Part shown: piece by piece, positions 7,080 to 16,465 of the stretch
Position numbering within the stretch: the stretch's first letter is position 1
How the letters are laid out: every line of letters begins with the position of its first letter
NCBI GenBank assembly: GCA_965140585.1
Contig: OZ223272.1
Location: forward strand, 480,001-544,000
Length of the DNA: 64,000 bases
DNA from: Spirochaetia bacterium
GTDB lineage: Bacteria; Spirochaetota; Spirochaetia; UBA9216
Direction: 5' to 3'
Program-made: the position numbers and the translations under genes
The notes under the pieces: generated by a model
Told to the model about the DNA's origin: nothing
Seen by the model: the letters and a program-made list of their open reading frames with translations, nothing else
Database searches by the model: none

Positions 7080-8153
7080 TCATAATAACCCGTCCAGTGG
7101 ACTATTTATATTTTTTAGGTCTTTAGTACTTACATGTGTATAAATCTGTGTTGTTTTTGGATCACGATGGCCTAAGAGCTCCTGAATATATCTGAGGTCT
7201 GTACCGTTTTCCAACAGGTGAGTGGCAAAGGCATGTCTTAAAGAATGTATACTTACATTTTTTTCAATACCTGTTGCTTCGATAGCTTTATAAAAGGCGT
7301 TCTGTGCAGATCTTGTAGCAAGATGGGTATCCGCACCTGCACTGCCAGGAAAAAGCCATGTATGTACCATCACTTTGGATCTGTATTCATTAATCATATG
7401 AATAATCTCAGTTGAAAGCATTACATATCTATCTTTTCGTCCTTTTGCCTGCCTGATATGAATTACTTTCCTATCGGTGTCAATATCCTGCAACTGTATT
7501 ATAACTGCTTCGCTTACTCGGAGACCTGCAGAGTATATTAATGATAATAGCAATCGGTGCTTAATATTCGGCGGAGATGTTATAATCTTCTTTACTTCTT
7601 CCCTGGATAGAATATCCGGATACTTCTTTTCTTTTTTCGGCATGGGAATCGATGCTGCAGGATTAAACAGACCGCCTAGATATCCGTATTTATAATAGCA
7701 TTTCAGGGCGCTCACACATTGTACAAAGTATGTTCTTGAGCATCCTGCAAGTGTCCGCATTTTCTCAAGATATATTTTAATATCCTCTGTCGTAACCTCT
7801 GAAGGATAAAGTTCTGTTCTTTCAAAGAACCACTTCAGCTGCATCTTATATGTTTCGATAGTATGAGGACTATAGTCTCTAAGCTTTAGATACTGCAGCA
7901 TCTTTTCCAGATAGCGGTTATGAGACGGTTCCTGATTTTCGAGAGACTTCTCATCCACATTAAACCTGCCGGTTTTATACAATGACAAAAGAAAGTGCTG
8001 CATATTTGCATCTGTATCCGGAAATGTCCATTTTTTATTTGCCGGCTGCCATTGTCTTCCCGGTATTGTACGTACAATATCAAGAACCTGAGCATCGAAA
8101 GGGAAAAATATACCTATTTTATTATTTTCTTCATAAACGATTTCAACTGCCAA
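7080..8153 (-). CDS. Tyrosine recombinase with N-terminal extension and SAM-like domain; lacks the IntI-specific insertion
   Basis: Catalytic set: AGLRVSE (R), AKGRKDR (K), HSLRH, LLGH, TQIYTH (Y). N-terminus FPFD..V...VRTIPGRQW....KKWTFP. Confidence 0.92.
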   Translation of the reverse strand: MAVEIVYEENNKIGIFFPFDAQVLDIVRTIPGRQWQPANKKWTFPDTDANMQHFLLSLYKTGRFNVDEKSLENQEPSHNRYLEKMLQYLKLRDYSPHTIETYKMQLKWFFERTELYPSEVTTEDIKIYLEKMRTLAGCSRTYFVQCVSALKCYYKYGYLGGLFNPAASIPMPKKEKKYPDILSREEVKKIITSPPNIKHRLLLSLIYSAGLRVSEAVIIQLQDIDTDRKVIHIRQAKGRKDRYVMLSTEIIHMINEYRSKVMVHTWLFPGSAGADTHLATRSAQNAFYKAIEATGIEKNVSIHSLRHAFATHLLENGTDLRYIQELLGHRDPKTTQIYTHVSTKDLKNINSPLDGLL

Positions 8154-8174
8154 TACTTTATCCGTTTTTATTTT

Positions 8175-8203
8175 ATATTAGCAGACCTATGCCGAATCAG
8201 CAA
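8175..8203 (-). promoter_or_regulatory. Possible sigma70 promoter for the recombinase
   Basis: Minus strand TTGCTG-17 bp-TAATAT with a TGn extension. Confidence 0.35.
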
Positions 8204-9129
8204 TAAAATTTAAGTACACGAAGAGCCCTCAGAGTATTCCATCGGCCTGGTTTACCTGCCTGCTCAAAATTTGTGTGGACCTGCCCCGGCAGGGAGGCCT
8301 GGGCGTTCCAGTGACCGGGAGGTTTTTGCTTGCTTTTGATTATAGCTATAGCTTCATCCATAGCCGGGGCGTAAAGCGTTTCCGAATACCTGAAATAATC
8401 CATTGCCCGCAGAATGTCATAACGCCATCTCGGCGGATACGGAAAACGGAGGAAATCTTTCTTAATTATTTCACCTGTTCGATCTGAACGGAACAGTCTG
8501 TGCCGAAAGATAAAATCACGAATCCCGCCGAGAGAGCTTTTGATTTCATCGGCTCGGTAGGAGTAACCGTTTTTCAGGTATTCGGTGAAACCTTCGGCTA
8601 CGGAAAGACTGGAATGCAGTGAGCTGTGAACAGCACCTTTGCGGTTAAACTGACAGTTATATCCGCCGTCTGGAAGTCTCTGATCAAGCATATAATCAAT
8701 TACTGATACAAGCTTTTCAGGATCAGCATTAAAATAGCAGGCATAATTCAGAAACATCCCGTTTAAACAGACGTCACTCTGTTTTACAGATCCGGGCGGA
8801 TTTATTCCGCCATCTCCGCCTTTTTCTTCCTTAAGAAGCATTTCAACAGTTTCCTGCACTGCAGGAGTTTCAGTAGGAATGCACAGGTTGCGTAAATCCA
8901 GCAGCGTATAGTGGGTAGATGTCCATTTGGGCTGATAGAACTTCAGGCCCCAGTGACCGTCAGGACGCTGTGCATCAAGAAGAATTTTACCCCACCCCCC
9001 GGCAGCGGCTTTTATCTGAAGTTCAGGTCTGTCTGTATCAAGAAGGTCACGGTAGGTCTGATATGCGATCGAGGCATCGCCTTCAAGAAGCCATCTGATT
9101 ATCTCATCCACTTCATATCCTCCCGTCAC
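8197..9129 (-). CDS. Prenyltransferase/squalene-cyclase-repeat-like hypothetical protein
   Basis: QRPDGHWG and RLPDGGYNC QW-like repeats; C-terminal GRWNTLRALRVL. Confidence 0.65.
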   Translation of the reverse strand: MTGGYEVDEIIRWLLEGDASIAYQTYRDLLDTDRPELQIKAAAGGWGKILLDAQRPDGHWGLKFYQPKWTSTHYTLLDLRNLCIPTETPAVQETVEMLLKEEKGGDGGINPPGSVKQSDVCLNGMFLNYACYFNADPEKLVSVIDYMLDQRLPDGGYNCQFNRKGAVHSSLHSSLSVAEGFTEYLKNGYSYRADEIKSSLGGIRDFIFRHRLFRSDRTGEIIKKDFLRFPYPPRWRYDILRAMDYFRYSETLYAPAMDEAIAIIKSKQKPPGHWNAQASLPGQVHTNFEQAGKPGRWNTLRALRVLKFYC

Positions 9130-9131
9130 AG

Positions 9132-9920
9132 TCAGCTGATGCTTTTTATAAGCACATCAGCAATTTCTACAAAGCCGCTTCCTCCTCTTGAGTCTGCGAT
9201 GTAGGCAGGACGGTGGACGAGCATATCATCAAAGTCGCGGATATTTGCTACGGCGAAGGAGTAAGGCAGGAAGTTAAACATAGGCTCATCGTTGGGAGAG
9301 TCTCCGCAGAAGACGGAGGATTTTTTAAAAGCTTCTGAATCAAGGCCGTAGCGGTATTTCATAAATAGCCCCGCCATTCCTATCTTTGAATAATCACCGA
9401 ACCAGGTGTTTACGTGTATTGAGCTGACCTTGGCTATCGCGCCCTGGGCCTCACATATATCCTTAATCCGGCCGGCCGCTTCATAGCCGAGCCTCGGAGG
9501 ATCCTCGTTGAAATCAATTGCAAGATCATAGATTCTTGCAAACTGATCTTTTGCTTTTCGGACCAGGGGAATTTCAGTCTTTACCGCATCGTATACATCA
9601 TCAAGCTTCTTTCTCACATCGGTATCAGCAACTGACGGGTGTGTGTAGGTCTTAAGCTGATGGTCTTCAAAATAGTAGACAAAGGCACCGTTCTCACCTA
9701 TTACTGCATCAACAGGCCACTGGCGGATTATCATATCGCACCAGCCTGCCGGACGTCCGGTTACAGGGATCACTGTAAAGCCCGTATCATGCAGCTTCCA
9801 CAGGGCTGAATATGCATCTGCGCCCAGTTTCCCTTCCTCTGTCAGGGTATCATCGATATCAGTAAGTACATACTTTATCTTTTGAGGGCAGTCTGAAAGA
9901 AAATCTTTTACATTTTTCAC
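9132..9920 (-). CDS. HAD-IIB family hydrolase
   Basis: TDIDDTLT, VTGRPAGW, GDSPNDEP motifs; GTG start at 9920 chosen over the longer ORF. Confidence 0.85.
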   Translation of the reverse strand: MKNVKDFLSDCPQKIKYVLTDIDDTLTEEGKLGADAYSALWKLHDTGFTVIPVTGRPAGWCDMIIRQWPVDAVIGENGAFVYYFEDHQLKTYTHPSVADTDVRKKLDDVYDAVKTEIPLVRKAKDQFARIYDLAIDFNEDPPRLGYEAAGRIKDICEAQGAIAKVSSIHVNTWFGDYSKIGMAGLFMKYRYGLDSEAFKKSSVFCGDSPNDEPMFNFLPYSFAVANIRDFDDMLVHRPAYIADSRGGSGFVEIADVLIKSIS

Positions 9921-9950
9921 TTTGATGCATTTCCTTGTGCAGGGATTTGT

Positions 9951-9992
9951 ACACAGCTCCCCGCAGCAATACAGGGCTGCGGGGAGCTGTGT
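9951..9992. repeat. Perfect 17-bp-stem inverted repeat
   Basis: ACACAGCTCCCCGCAGC-8 nt-GCTGCGGGGAGCTGTGT. Confidence 0.85.
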
Positions 9993-10038
9993 TCCGGACT
10001 GGACGGCTGCTGCTCTGCAGCTGTTCAGCACTTGTGCT

Positions 10039-10620
10039 TCAGCTGCCCTTCAGGACTTTCCGGGCACTTGCAAAATAGGTGAGAAAGGAAAGAGCTGAGG
10101 AGATAGCTGCCAGCGCAAAAAGTATATAGGTTACAGTTCCGAACAGAGGCATCCAGTCGGGATAGTATTCAAGCCTGTTGAACGATGTAACAAGAAGTCC
10201 TGCTATACCGGCTATTGTATAGGTGATTGCCTTGGCCTTGCCCCAGATGCTTGCCGCCATTGCGGTGCCCTTACCCATCATCATCATACGAAGAAAGGTG
10301 ATTCCGAGCTCACGATAGATGATAATTACAAAGGCCCAGAGGGGCATGATTCCGGTAAAGGTAAAGCATATAAAGAAGGTTACCCGGCTTATTACGTCCG
10401 AAAACGGGTCGAGGATCTTGCCGAGATCAGTAACCATGTTGTATTTTCTGGCGATGTGTCCGTCCAGCGCATCGGATATTTCCATGAGCACGAAAAGCGG
10501 AAGCATTATCGCTACTGACAAACCCATGAAACTGCCGGTCTGCTCTGGAAGCATGTAGATAATGATAAATACCGGCGCTAAGATGATTCTGAAAACGGTT
10601 ATTTTAGTTGGAAGATTCAT
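10039..10620 (-). CDS. pgsA: CDP-diacylglycerol--glycerol-3-phosphate 3-phosphatidyltransferase
   Basis: MNLPTKITVFRI; SDALDGHIARKYNMVTDLGKILDPFSD CDP-alcohol phosphotransferase motif. Confidence 0.9.
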   Translation of the reverse strand: MNLPTKITVFRIILAPVFIIIYMLPEQTGSFMGLSVAIMLPLFVLMEISDALDGHIARKYNMVTDLGKILDPFSDVISRVTFFICFTFTGIMPLWAFVIIIYRELGITFLRMMMMGKGTAMAASIWGKAKAITYTIAGIAGLLVTSFNRLEYYPDWMPLFGTVTYILFALAAISSALSFLTYFASARKVLKGS

Positions 10621-10687
10621 GATATGAGGGTATTAGTATTTTCATATATTGTCAACGCAGAGGCCGGGCAGCTGTGTTACTTCTGCA

Positions 10688-11320
10688 CTAAAGAGTAACT
10701 CCGTACTTAAACAATGCTATTTCCCTGATTCCGTTTTGTTCGGCGGCTGTTTCTTCTTCGTTTACAACCGCGACCAGCCGGTCAAGCAGCAGTTCTGCTT
10801 GAAATCTTAAGGGTGGGAATAAACCCTCCAATCGGAGTTCCTCTTCCAGTTGAAAAAAGCACCAGCTGGCAGCCTGAGGTGCCTAGCAGGGAGGTTGCAA
10901 CAATATCGTTCCCCGGAGCATGCAGCAGATTAAGCCCCTGCCTCGAAATCCGTTCCTCCATCCCTACAATATCAGCTATTGCCGAACTTCCGGCTTTTCT
11001 GATGCATCCCAGCGACTTCTCTTCAAGTGTGGTAATGCCTCCGTCCTTGTTGCCCGGAGACGGATTTTCATAAACCGGCTGATTGTGAGCCGTATAGTGA
11101 GCCTTCCACTGATCTATCATTTCTGCAGTCCGGCTGAACATTTCGTCATCAGGACACAGTTTTAGCAGCACATTTTCGGCTCCGAACCTCCGCACAAGAA
11201 CTCCTCCCGCATTAGGGTGCAGAACAAGGTTTTGAAGCAGTGTTCTGGCACGGGCATGATCATCACCAAGCTGGGACCACCATAGGGATGGGGGAAGCTG
11301 AAAATCCCGTCGATTCCCGG
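10688..11320 (-). pseudogene. uxaA: Altronate dehydratase remnant
   Basis: Fragments in different frames: HPYG/SQLGDDH, ENPSPGNKDGGITTLEEKSLG, TGRGTP, and C-terminal EIALFKYGVTL; large deletions. Confidence 0.8.
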
Positions 11321-12006
11321 CTAGGTCCGCCCGTCAAGTTCAGCCCTGCAAAATATGGCAAGTGCGGCAAGAGACAGGGACCTAAGAGGCGGAAGCTTGC
11401 CGTCCTTACGGTTGTATTCAAGAAACTGCGGTAGAAGCCTCGTCTTGAACTTGGTCATTAAATTATGTGATATTGAAAGAAGCTGATGATGTATAAATGG
11501 ATTTTTGAACCTGGCAACCACACTATCCGCATATTGCTTCAGTTCAGCTTCAAGAAGACGCCTCAAAAACTCTGAAAGTTTGCTGTCTGGAACAGAAGCC
11601 CCTACCGTCTCAAAGCTGCAAAGCCAAGCAACCGGAACCAGTGCAGTATGACATCCATTTAAAATTCCAACCCTTCTCTGTTTATAGGGCTTTAAATCAT
11701 CCACAACCTTACATCAAGTCCGCTGCTGGCAAGTTTAAGTTCCTCCCCAACCTCGGCAGGAACCAGGATCACAAACAAATGAAAATATTCGCCGGCTGTT
11801 ATGAAATTATCTTTATAACCAAGCTCCTTCTCGAGTACCTGAGCCTGTTCATGTGGATAATCGGTAACAACACGGTCTACGAGGGTCGAACAGAAAGTAT
11901 TTGAGTTCAATAGCCATTTGGTGAATCCATTTTCAAGGGTTCCATATACCGGCATATTTAAGCACAATTTCCTTAAGGACTTCTCCGTTACAATCAATGA
12001 GCTCAC
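11321..12006 (-). pseudogene. uxaB: Tagaturonate/altronate oxidoreductase remnant
   Basis: FCSTLVDRVV, EYFHLFVI, LNGCHT, RFKNPFIHHQLLSI..N..TKFKTRLLP split over two frames. Confidence 0.8.
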
Positions 12007-12069
12007 AGGGTATCAGGCTCAAGCCCGATTCAGCCGAACCCGTTACATAGATCGATATAACAAAGGGTA

Positions 12070-12210
12070 CAAACCAAAATCCCAACGAAATCTACAGAAT
12101 GCTGAGGGGCCTTGATGATCGGCGATACATAAGCAGAGATTCGGCAACAGGCTGCTATCAGATGACGCTTAAACTGTACAACCTCTCGCACTGCCACTCT
12201 CCTCGCCCAG
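12070..12210 (+). pseudogene. IclR-family HTH fragment
   Basis: NEIYRMLRGLDDRRYISRD...YQMTLKLY resembles an IclR N-terminal HTH; no effector domain follows. Confidence 0.5.
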
Positions 12211-12242
12211 GACAATCCGGAACACCGGCTGAACAGTGTCTT

Positions 12243-12536
12243 CTATCCGGCGTTCATCTTCGAGACTTCATCGAACATGCTGACATACTTCTTGTTTCTG
12301 GCAAACGAATACAGAACCTTGTAGCCGTCTTTCACTCTTTCGTTGAATATTTCTCTCATCCTTTTATCCATTTCACGCCTGGTTGTAAATGAATAAACGC
12401 GTTCGCGTCCGCTTCCCTGATTCATACCGTAGATCGAAGTGAATGAATACTTACTGAACAATGTAGGCTGACGGTCATGGACCGAGTAGTATCTGAGACT
12501 TCCGTCTTCTTCTGGTTTGTAGAATGTTATCAGCAT
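12243..12536 (-). CDS. Hypothetical protein, WGR-domain-like
   Basis: RYYSVHDRQPTLF..YSF...YG pattern. Confidence 0.6.
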   Translation of the reverse strand: MLITFYKPEEDGSLRYYSVHDRQPTLFSKYSFTSIYGMNQGSGRERVYSFTTRREMDKRMREIFNERVKDGYKVLYSFARNKKYVSMFDEVSKMNAG

Positions 12537-12583
12537 ATATTACTGTATCGGGCACGCTCCTCAATAGCGTGAGCATCATTTTA

Positions 12584-13321
12584 TCAGTCAATTCTTTTTT
12601 TTATGGCCGGCAGACCGTCGGAATTGAATGACAAATCATATCGGACTCCGGGAACCGGATAGAGGGGTCCTGCACTTTCAGTTACAAGAATAAAGCCCGG
12701 AATCCGTCCGAAAAGCTGCCTGATCTTACCCGCCGGAGCGCTCTCAGAATCTCCGGTTTCCGCAGCAGCAAGCTGTAAATGCAGAGGCTCATATATTGCC
12801 CCTGTTTTGGACAGGAAAAACCACGGCGGAAGTTCAAGCATCCTGATTTCAGGATAGATCCCTCCAGCGCCGAATTCAAGTACATCCTGATTATTTTGCG
12901 GATCTTCACTCAATATTGTGGTTTTATCGCCGCCGCCTGAAAGAAGTGTAAAACTGCAGAGGTTCTGTCCCGGTTGAACCGGCGACCAGGAGGCGAAACT
13001 GTAATAAAAAATAAAAAGAGCCGCAAAAAACAGCGAGAACACCGGAATACCCACAAAGCGCCAAAACCTGACACAGAGAAAGCCTGAGGCAGTAAGTACT
13101 CCGAACCAGAGAAGAAGCATCCTGTAATTCCAGAAGCTGTAGCTGCTCAAAAATATTCCGAAGGTAAGAAAGAGAATTGATAAACTGATAAATAGTACAG
13201 CCGCAACCGGATGCCTCTGCGGCTTTCTGTAGCTGAAAAAACTGATTCCGCTGCCCAGAGCAAAACCGGCCAGAGTCAGCCACAGGTACTGATTTTCGGG
13301 ATTAATTCCCGCGAAGTCCAT
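12584..13321 (-). CDS. Hypothetical membrane protein
   Basis: Four N-terminal hydrophobic segments; overlaps the upstream gene end. Confidence 0.7.
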   Translation of the reverse strand: MDFAGINPENQYLWLTLAGFALGSGISFFSYRKPQRHPVAAVLFISLSILFLTFGIFLSSYSFWNYRMLLLWFGVLTASGFLCVRFWRFVGIPVFSLFFAALFIFYYSFASWSPVQPGQNLCSFTLLSGGGDKTTILSEDPQNNQDVLEFGAGGIYPEIRMLELPPWFFLSKTGAIYEPLHLQLAAAETGDSESAPAGKIRQLFGRIPGFILVTESAGPLYPVPGVRYDLSFNSDGLPAIKKRID

Positions 13322-14825
13322 AGATTCCGCCGAATTTATCCCGCAGGTAGTCTGTAAAGTAGATGGCGTTCAAATCCTCTCCTGTGACTCTTCTGCAGAG
13401 TGCGGAGGCAGGGTAAACCATACCGTGGCTGTGGATATTATCACGCAGCCACCCAAGTATTGTACCAAGATCGCCTGATTCTAATATTCCATCCACGTCT
13501 CCAAGCTGCTTTTTCATACTGTTGAGGAACTGGGCGCCGTAGAGGTTTCCAAGAGCATAGGTCGGGAAATAACCGATCAGTCCCGCAGACCAGTGTACAT
13601 CCTGAAGCACGCCTTCGGAATCGTTGGCCGGGGTGATGCCAAGAAATTTCTTCATCCTTCTGTTCCATTCATCAGGAAGATCTGAAACCTTGAGGTTTCC
13701 GGCAAGAACTTCCTTTTCAAGTTCAAAGCGAAGCACTACATGAAGACTGTAGGTTACCTCATCAGCCTCAATACGTATAAACGACGGAGTCACCTTGTTA
13801 ACGGCTTTATAGAATGTTTCCACGTCCACGCCCTTAGTCTGCTCAGGAAAGAGCTTTGAAAACTCAGGATAAAAATGCTTCCAGAACGGAAGGCTCCGGC
13901 CTACCAGGTTTTCCCAGAAACGTGACTGTGATTCATGAATACCAAGTGATACACCGGTACCGAGGATTCCGCCTTTCAGATTATCGCCTACGCCTAGTTC
14001 ATAGAGGGCATGTCCGCATTCGTGGATATTGCTGAACACACCGCTCATTACGAGTTTTTCATCGTAGCGGGTGGTTATTCTCACATCATCTGCACCAAGA
14101 GTTGTTGTGAAGGGGTGTGCCGAAATATCAAGCCTGCCCCGTTTTTCAGGGTATCCCATCCGATCTATAAGCATACGGCCGAACTGATCCTGCAGATCTG
14201 TCGGATAGCTTTTCTCCAGAAAGGACGAGTCGGGAGCCCCGGCCTTTTTAATATCCGCAACCAGGACGGAAAGTTCCGCAGCAAGGGGTGTAAACACCTT
14301 TTCAACCTCGGCGGCTGTCATCCAGGGTTCATATTCATCAAGCAGGGCATCATAGGGATGTTCTTTATAGCCAAGTTTCTCAGCCTTCTGATGGTTGAGC
14401 TCATATATCTTTGTAAGAGAATCCTCAAATATGCTGAAATCAGCCTTCTTTCTTGCCTCAACCCAGACCTGATGTGAAATACCCGTCTGTTTTGCAAGTT
14501 CGGTTACAAGACTTTCAGGCAACTTCGAAGCGTGACTATACAGCCGGAACATTTCACGGACAAAGGCCTTGTCCGCAGTATCAAAATCACCCTTGCCCTC
14601 GGGTTTGCCTTCTTCTGCGCCGAGAAACGACAGCAGACGTCCGATTTCAGGTGAAGTTATTTTTCTGTGTGTTAATCCTTCAAAAAGTGCAAGCTGGTCG
14701 GCGCGTTCTTCGGCACCGTCTTCAGGCATCTGGGTTTCCATATCCCATTCAAGTACGGCCTGGGCGTGCTGCATTAAATAAATCTCTCGCCCTAGCTGTT
14801 TAAGGTTTGACAGGCTCTCTTTCAT
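13302..14825 (-). CDS. Carboxypeptidase M32 (Taq-like)
   Basis: HPF, HECGH, HESQ, IRIEADE, QDVHW, GYFPTYALG motifs. Confidence 0.93.
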   Translation of the reverse strand: MKESLSNLKQLGREIYLMQHAQAVLEWDMETQMPEDGAEERADQLALFEGLTHRKITSPEIGRLLSFLGAEEGKPEGKGDFDTADKAFVREMFRLYSHASKLPESLVTELAKQTGISHQVWVEARKKADFSIFEDSLTKIYELNHQKAEKLGYKEHPYDALLDEYEPWMTAAEVEKVFTPLAAELSVLVADIKKAGAPDSSFLEKSYPTDLQDQFGRMLIDRMGYPEKRGRLDISAHPFTTTLGADDVRITTRYDEKLVMSGVFSNIHECGHALYELGVGDNLKGGILGTGVSLGIHESQSRFWENLVGRSLPFWKHFYPEFSKLFPEQTKGVDVETFYKAVNKVTPSFIRIEADEVTYSLHVVLRFELEKEVLAGNLKVSDLPDEWNRRMKKFLGITPANDSEGVLQDVHWSAGLIGYFPTYALGNLYGAQFLNSMKKQLGDVDGILESGDLGTILGWLRDNIHSHGMVYPASALCRRVTGEDLNAIYFTDYLRDKFGGIYGLRGN

Positions 14826-14945
14826 CTCAATCTCCGATACACATGCCCTCTTTTCCGGTATTCTCAAATAGGTATTGCCGGAGGGCTGAAGCGTATGTAT
14901 ATTTTACTGATAAATTCGTAAAAATACAAATTTTTAGAGGTATTA

Positions 14946-15671
14946 ATGAACAAAAGCTCTGTAACAAACCTTATAGCTGCAGCAGTAATTGCTGCAGGAT
15001 ACATCATAGCCGCCCGACTGGATCCGGTGTGGGGGGAAAGGATTAGAAGTATAGGCTTCTTTGCACTTTCGGGAGCCCTTACAAACTGGCTTGCGATTTT
15101 CATGCTGTTTGAAAAGGTTCCCGGACTCTATGGTTCCGGTGTAATTCCGGCTCATTTTATTGAGATAAAGGTATGGATCAAGGAACTTGTAATGGATCAG
15201 TTTTTTACGACTGAAAATCTGCACAAGTATTTCAGCGAAGGCCAGGACATGATCCTCGAATCGATAGACTTTGAGTCAGCAGTCGACAAAGTCGACTATG
15301 ACAAGATTTACGACACAGTAAAGAAAGAGATTCTTTCAAGCGGATTTGGAAGCATGCTATCGATGTTCGGGGGCGACGGCCTGTTTGAAAAGTACAGAGG
15401 CAAGTTTAAGGAAAAAATCAGGGAATATCTGCTTGAAGAGGTTGCACACCCCAAGTTTATCAAGGGTATTCTCGAATCCGGGAATTTCGACCTCTCCGCA
15501 GTAATAAAAGACAAGGTTGACGGTATCGTTCAGGGAAGACTTGATGAACTTACACCAAAGATGGTAAAGGAACTGGTAAAAGAGATGATGAGAAGGCATC
15601 TTGGATGGCTTGTTGTCTGGGGAGGCGTCTTCGGCGGCCTTATTGGCTTTGTAATGAGCTATTTAAAATAA
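14946..15671 (+). CDS. DUF445-family membrane protein
   Basis: TNWLAIFMLFEKVPGLYGSGVIP; HLGWLVVWGGVFGGLIG. Confidence 0.8.
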   Translation: MNKSSVTNLIAAAVIAAGYIIAARLDPVWGERIRSIGFFALSGALTNWLAIFMLFEKVPGLYGSGVIPAHFIEIKVWIKELVMDQFFTTENLHKYFSEGQDMILESIDFESAVDKVDYDKIYDTVKKEILSSGFGSMLSMFGGDGLFEKYRGKFKEKIREYLLEEVAHPKFIKGILESGNFDLSAVIKDKVDGIVQGRLDELTPKMVKELVKEMMRRHLGWLVVWGGVFGGLIGFVMSYLK

Positions 15672-15716
15672 ACTGAATTGTTCATTTTAAATTGCAAAAT
15701 GCGTTTTATTATTAAA

Positions 15717-16361
15717 TTAACGATTCCGCAGCTTTGCAAGAAGACCCTGCTTTGGAGCCTTTTCCGTTTTAGCTGAAGCACCCGCTGTCGGTGAACCGGA
15801 AAGCTGGGAATCATGCTCAATTGCGGTCTCCGCAGCACGGGCCTCACGGGTTTCCTGACTGCGGGCATCGGTTATCCAGCCGCTTCCGGCGGCCGGAGTA
15901 ATCCTTTTTGTAAAAACCTTTGAACCGTCAAGGCTTCGGCCGTTTTCCTCTTCACATTCCCGAAGGACTATCTGCCAGGCCGGAGCAAAGCCTGGAGCCT
16001 GAAGCGACATCTTCTCTACAGCATCCTGGTATATCCGAAGCTGAAGGTTTTCCTTCCTGCCGGCCTTCTGTGAAAGATTGGAAATGGATGACTGAAGGTT
16101 TGCATTCTTTATCCGCAGTGATTCAATTTCCTTCCGCATCCGGTCTATCGACTCGGAATCAAGGTCAATTCTGCTTGTTAGGGTATGTTTAAGCCCCCGA
16201 ATAACCTTTTTACTGCGGGATTTGAGCACCAGTATCCTGATTCCGAATATCAGCCAGGCAAGAATAAACCCGGCAGCAAAGGAATATACAATGGTATGAT
16301 CAATGGGGCCAACTTCAAAAACAGGTACTGACAATTTTATCTCCTTGGTAATATCCTTCAC
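15717..16361 (-). CDS. Hypothetical membrane-anchored coiled-coil protein
   Basis: One TM segment followed by a coiled coil; APGFAPAWQ motif. Start uncertain. Confidence 0.65.
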   Translation of the reverse strand: MKDITKEIKLSVPVFEVGPIDHTIVYSFAAGFILAWLIFGIRILVLKSRSKKVIRGLKHTLTSRIDLDSESIDRMRKEIESLRIKNANLQSSISNLSQKAGRKENLQLRIYQDAVEKMSLQAPGFAPAWQIVLRECEEENGRSLDGSKVFTKRITPAAGSGWITDARSQETREARAAETAIEHDSQLSGSPTAGASAKTEKAPKQGLLAKLRNR

Positions 16362-16405
16362 GGATATTAATCAAATATACTTCAGAATACACCGTTCATC
16401 AAATC

Positions 16406-16435
16406 AAAAAAAACCGGGTCCATTTCGAACCCGGT
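16406..16435 (-). terminator. Rho-independent terminator after thrS
   Basis: ACCGGGTT/CCCGGT stem followed by a T-run on the minus strand. Confidence 0.7.
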
Positions 16436-16465
16436 GATTATTATGCGTTATCTAAAGCTGCTCAA

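Larger units (their letters stand above)
1..8153 (-). mobile_element. Integron-like cassette array with co-oriented tyrosine recombinase (continues past the left window edge)
   Basis: Nine palindromic ..ATAAC...GTTAT.. sites separate discrete units. The GTT end of each unit is complementary to the far end of its own site. The array ends at 7014 next to a tyrosine recombinase, and the region is visibly AT-rich versus the backbone. Confidence 0.9.

Noticed and set aside
2885-7126. Short ORFs (63-139 aa) in the A/B cassettes
   Set aside because: They cross att sites, change frame or length between near-identical copies, lack RBSs, and are not conserved between A and B.
7080-8153. Naming the recombinase intI, xerC or xerD
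   Set aside because: It lacks the IntI insertion, and its N-terminal extension and array context do not fit housekeeping Xer proteins.
9921-10031. N-terminal extension of the HAD ORF
   Set aside because: It runs through a GC hairpin; a GTG start with an upstream AAGGA at 9920 fits the family better.
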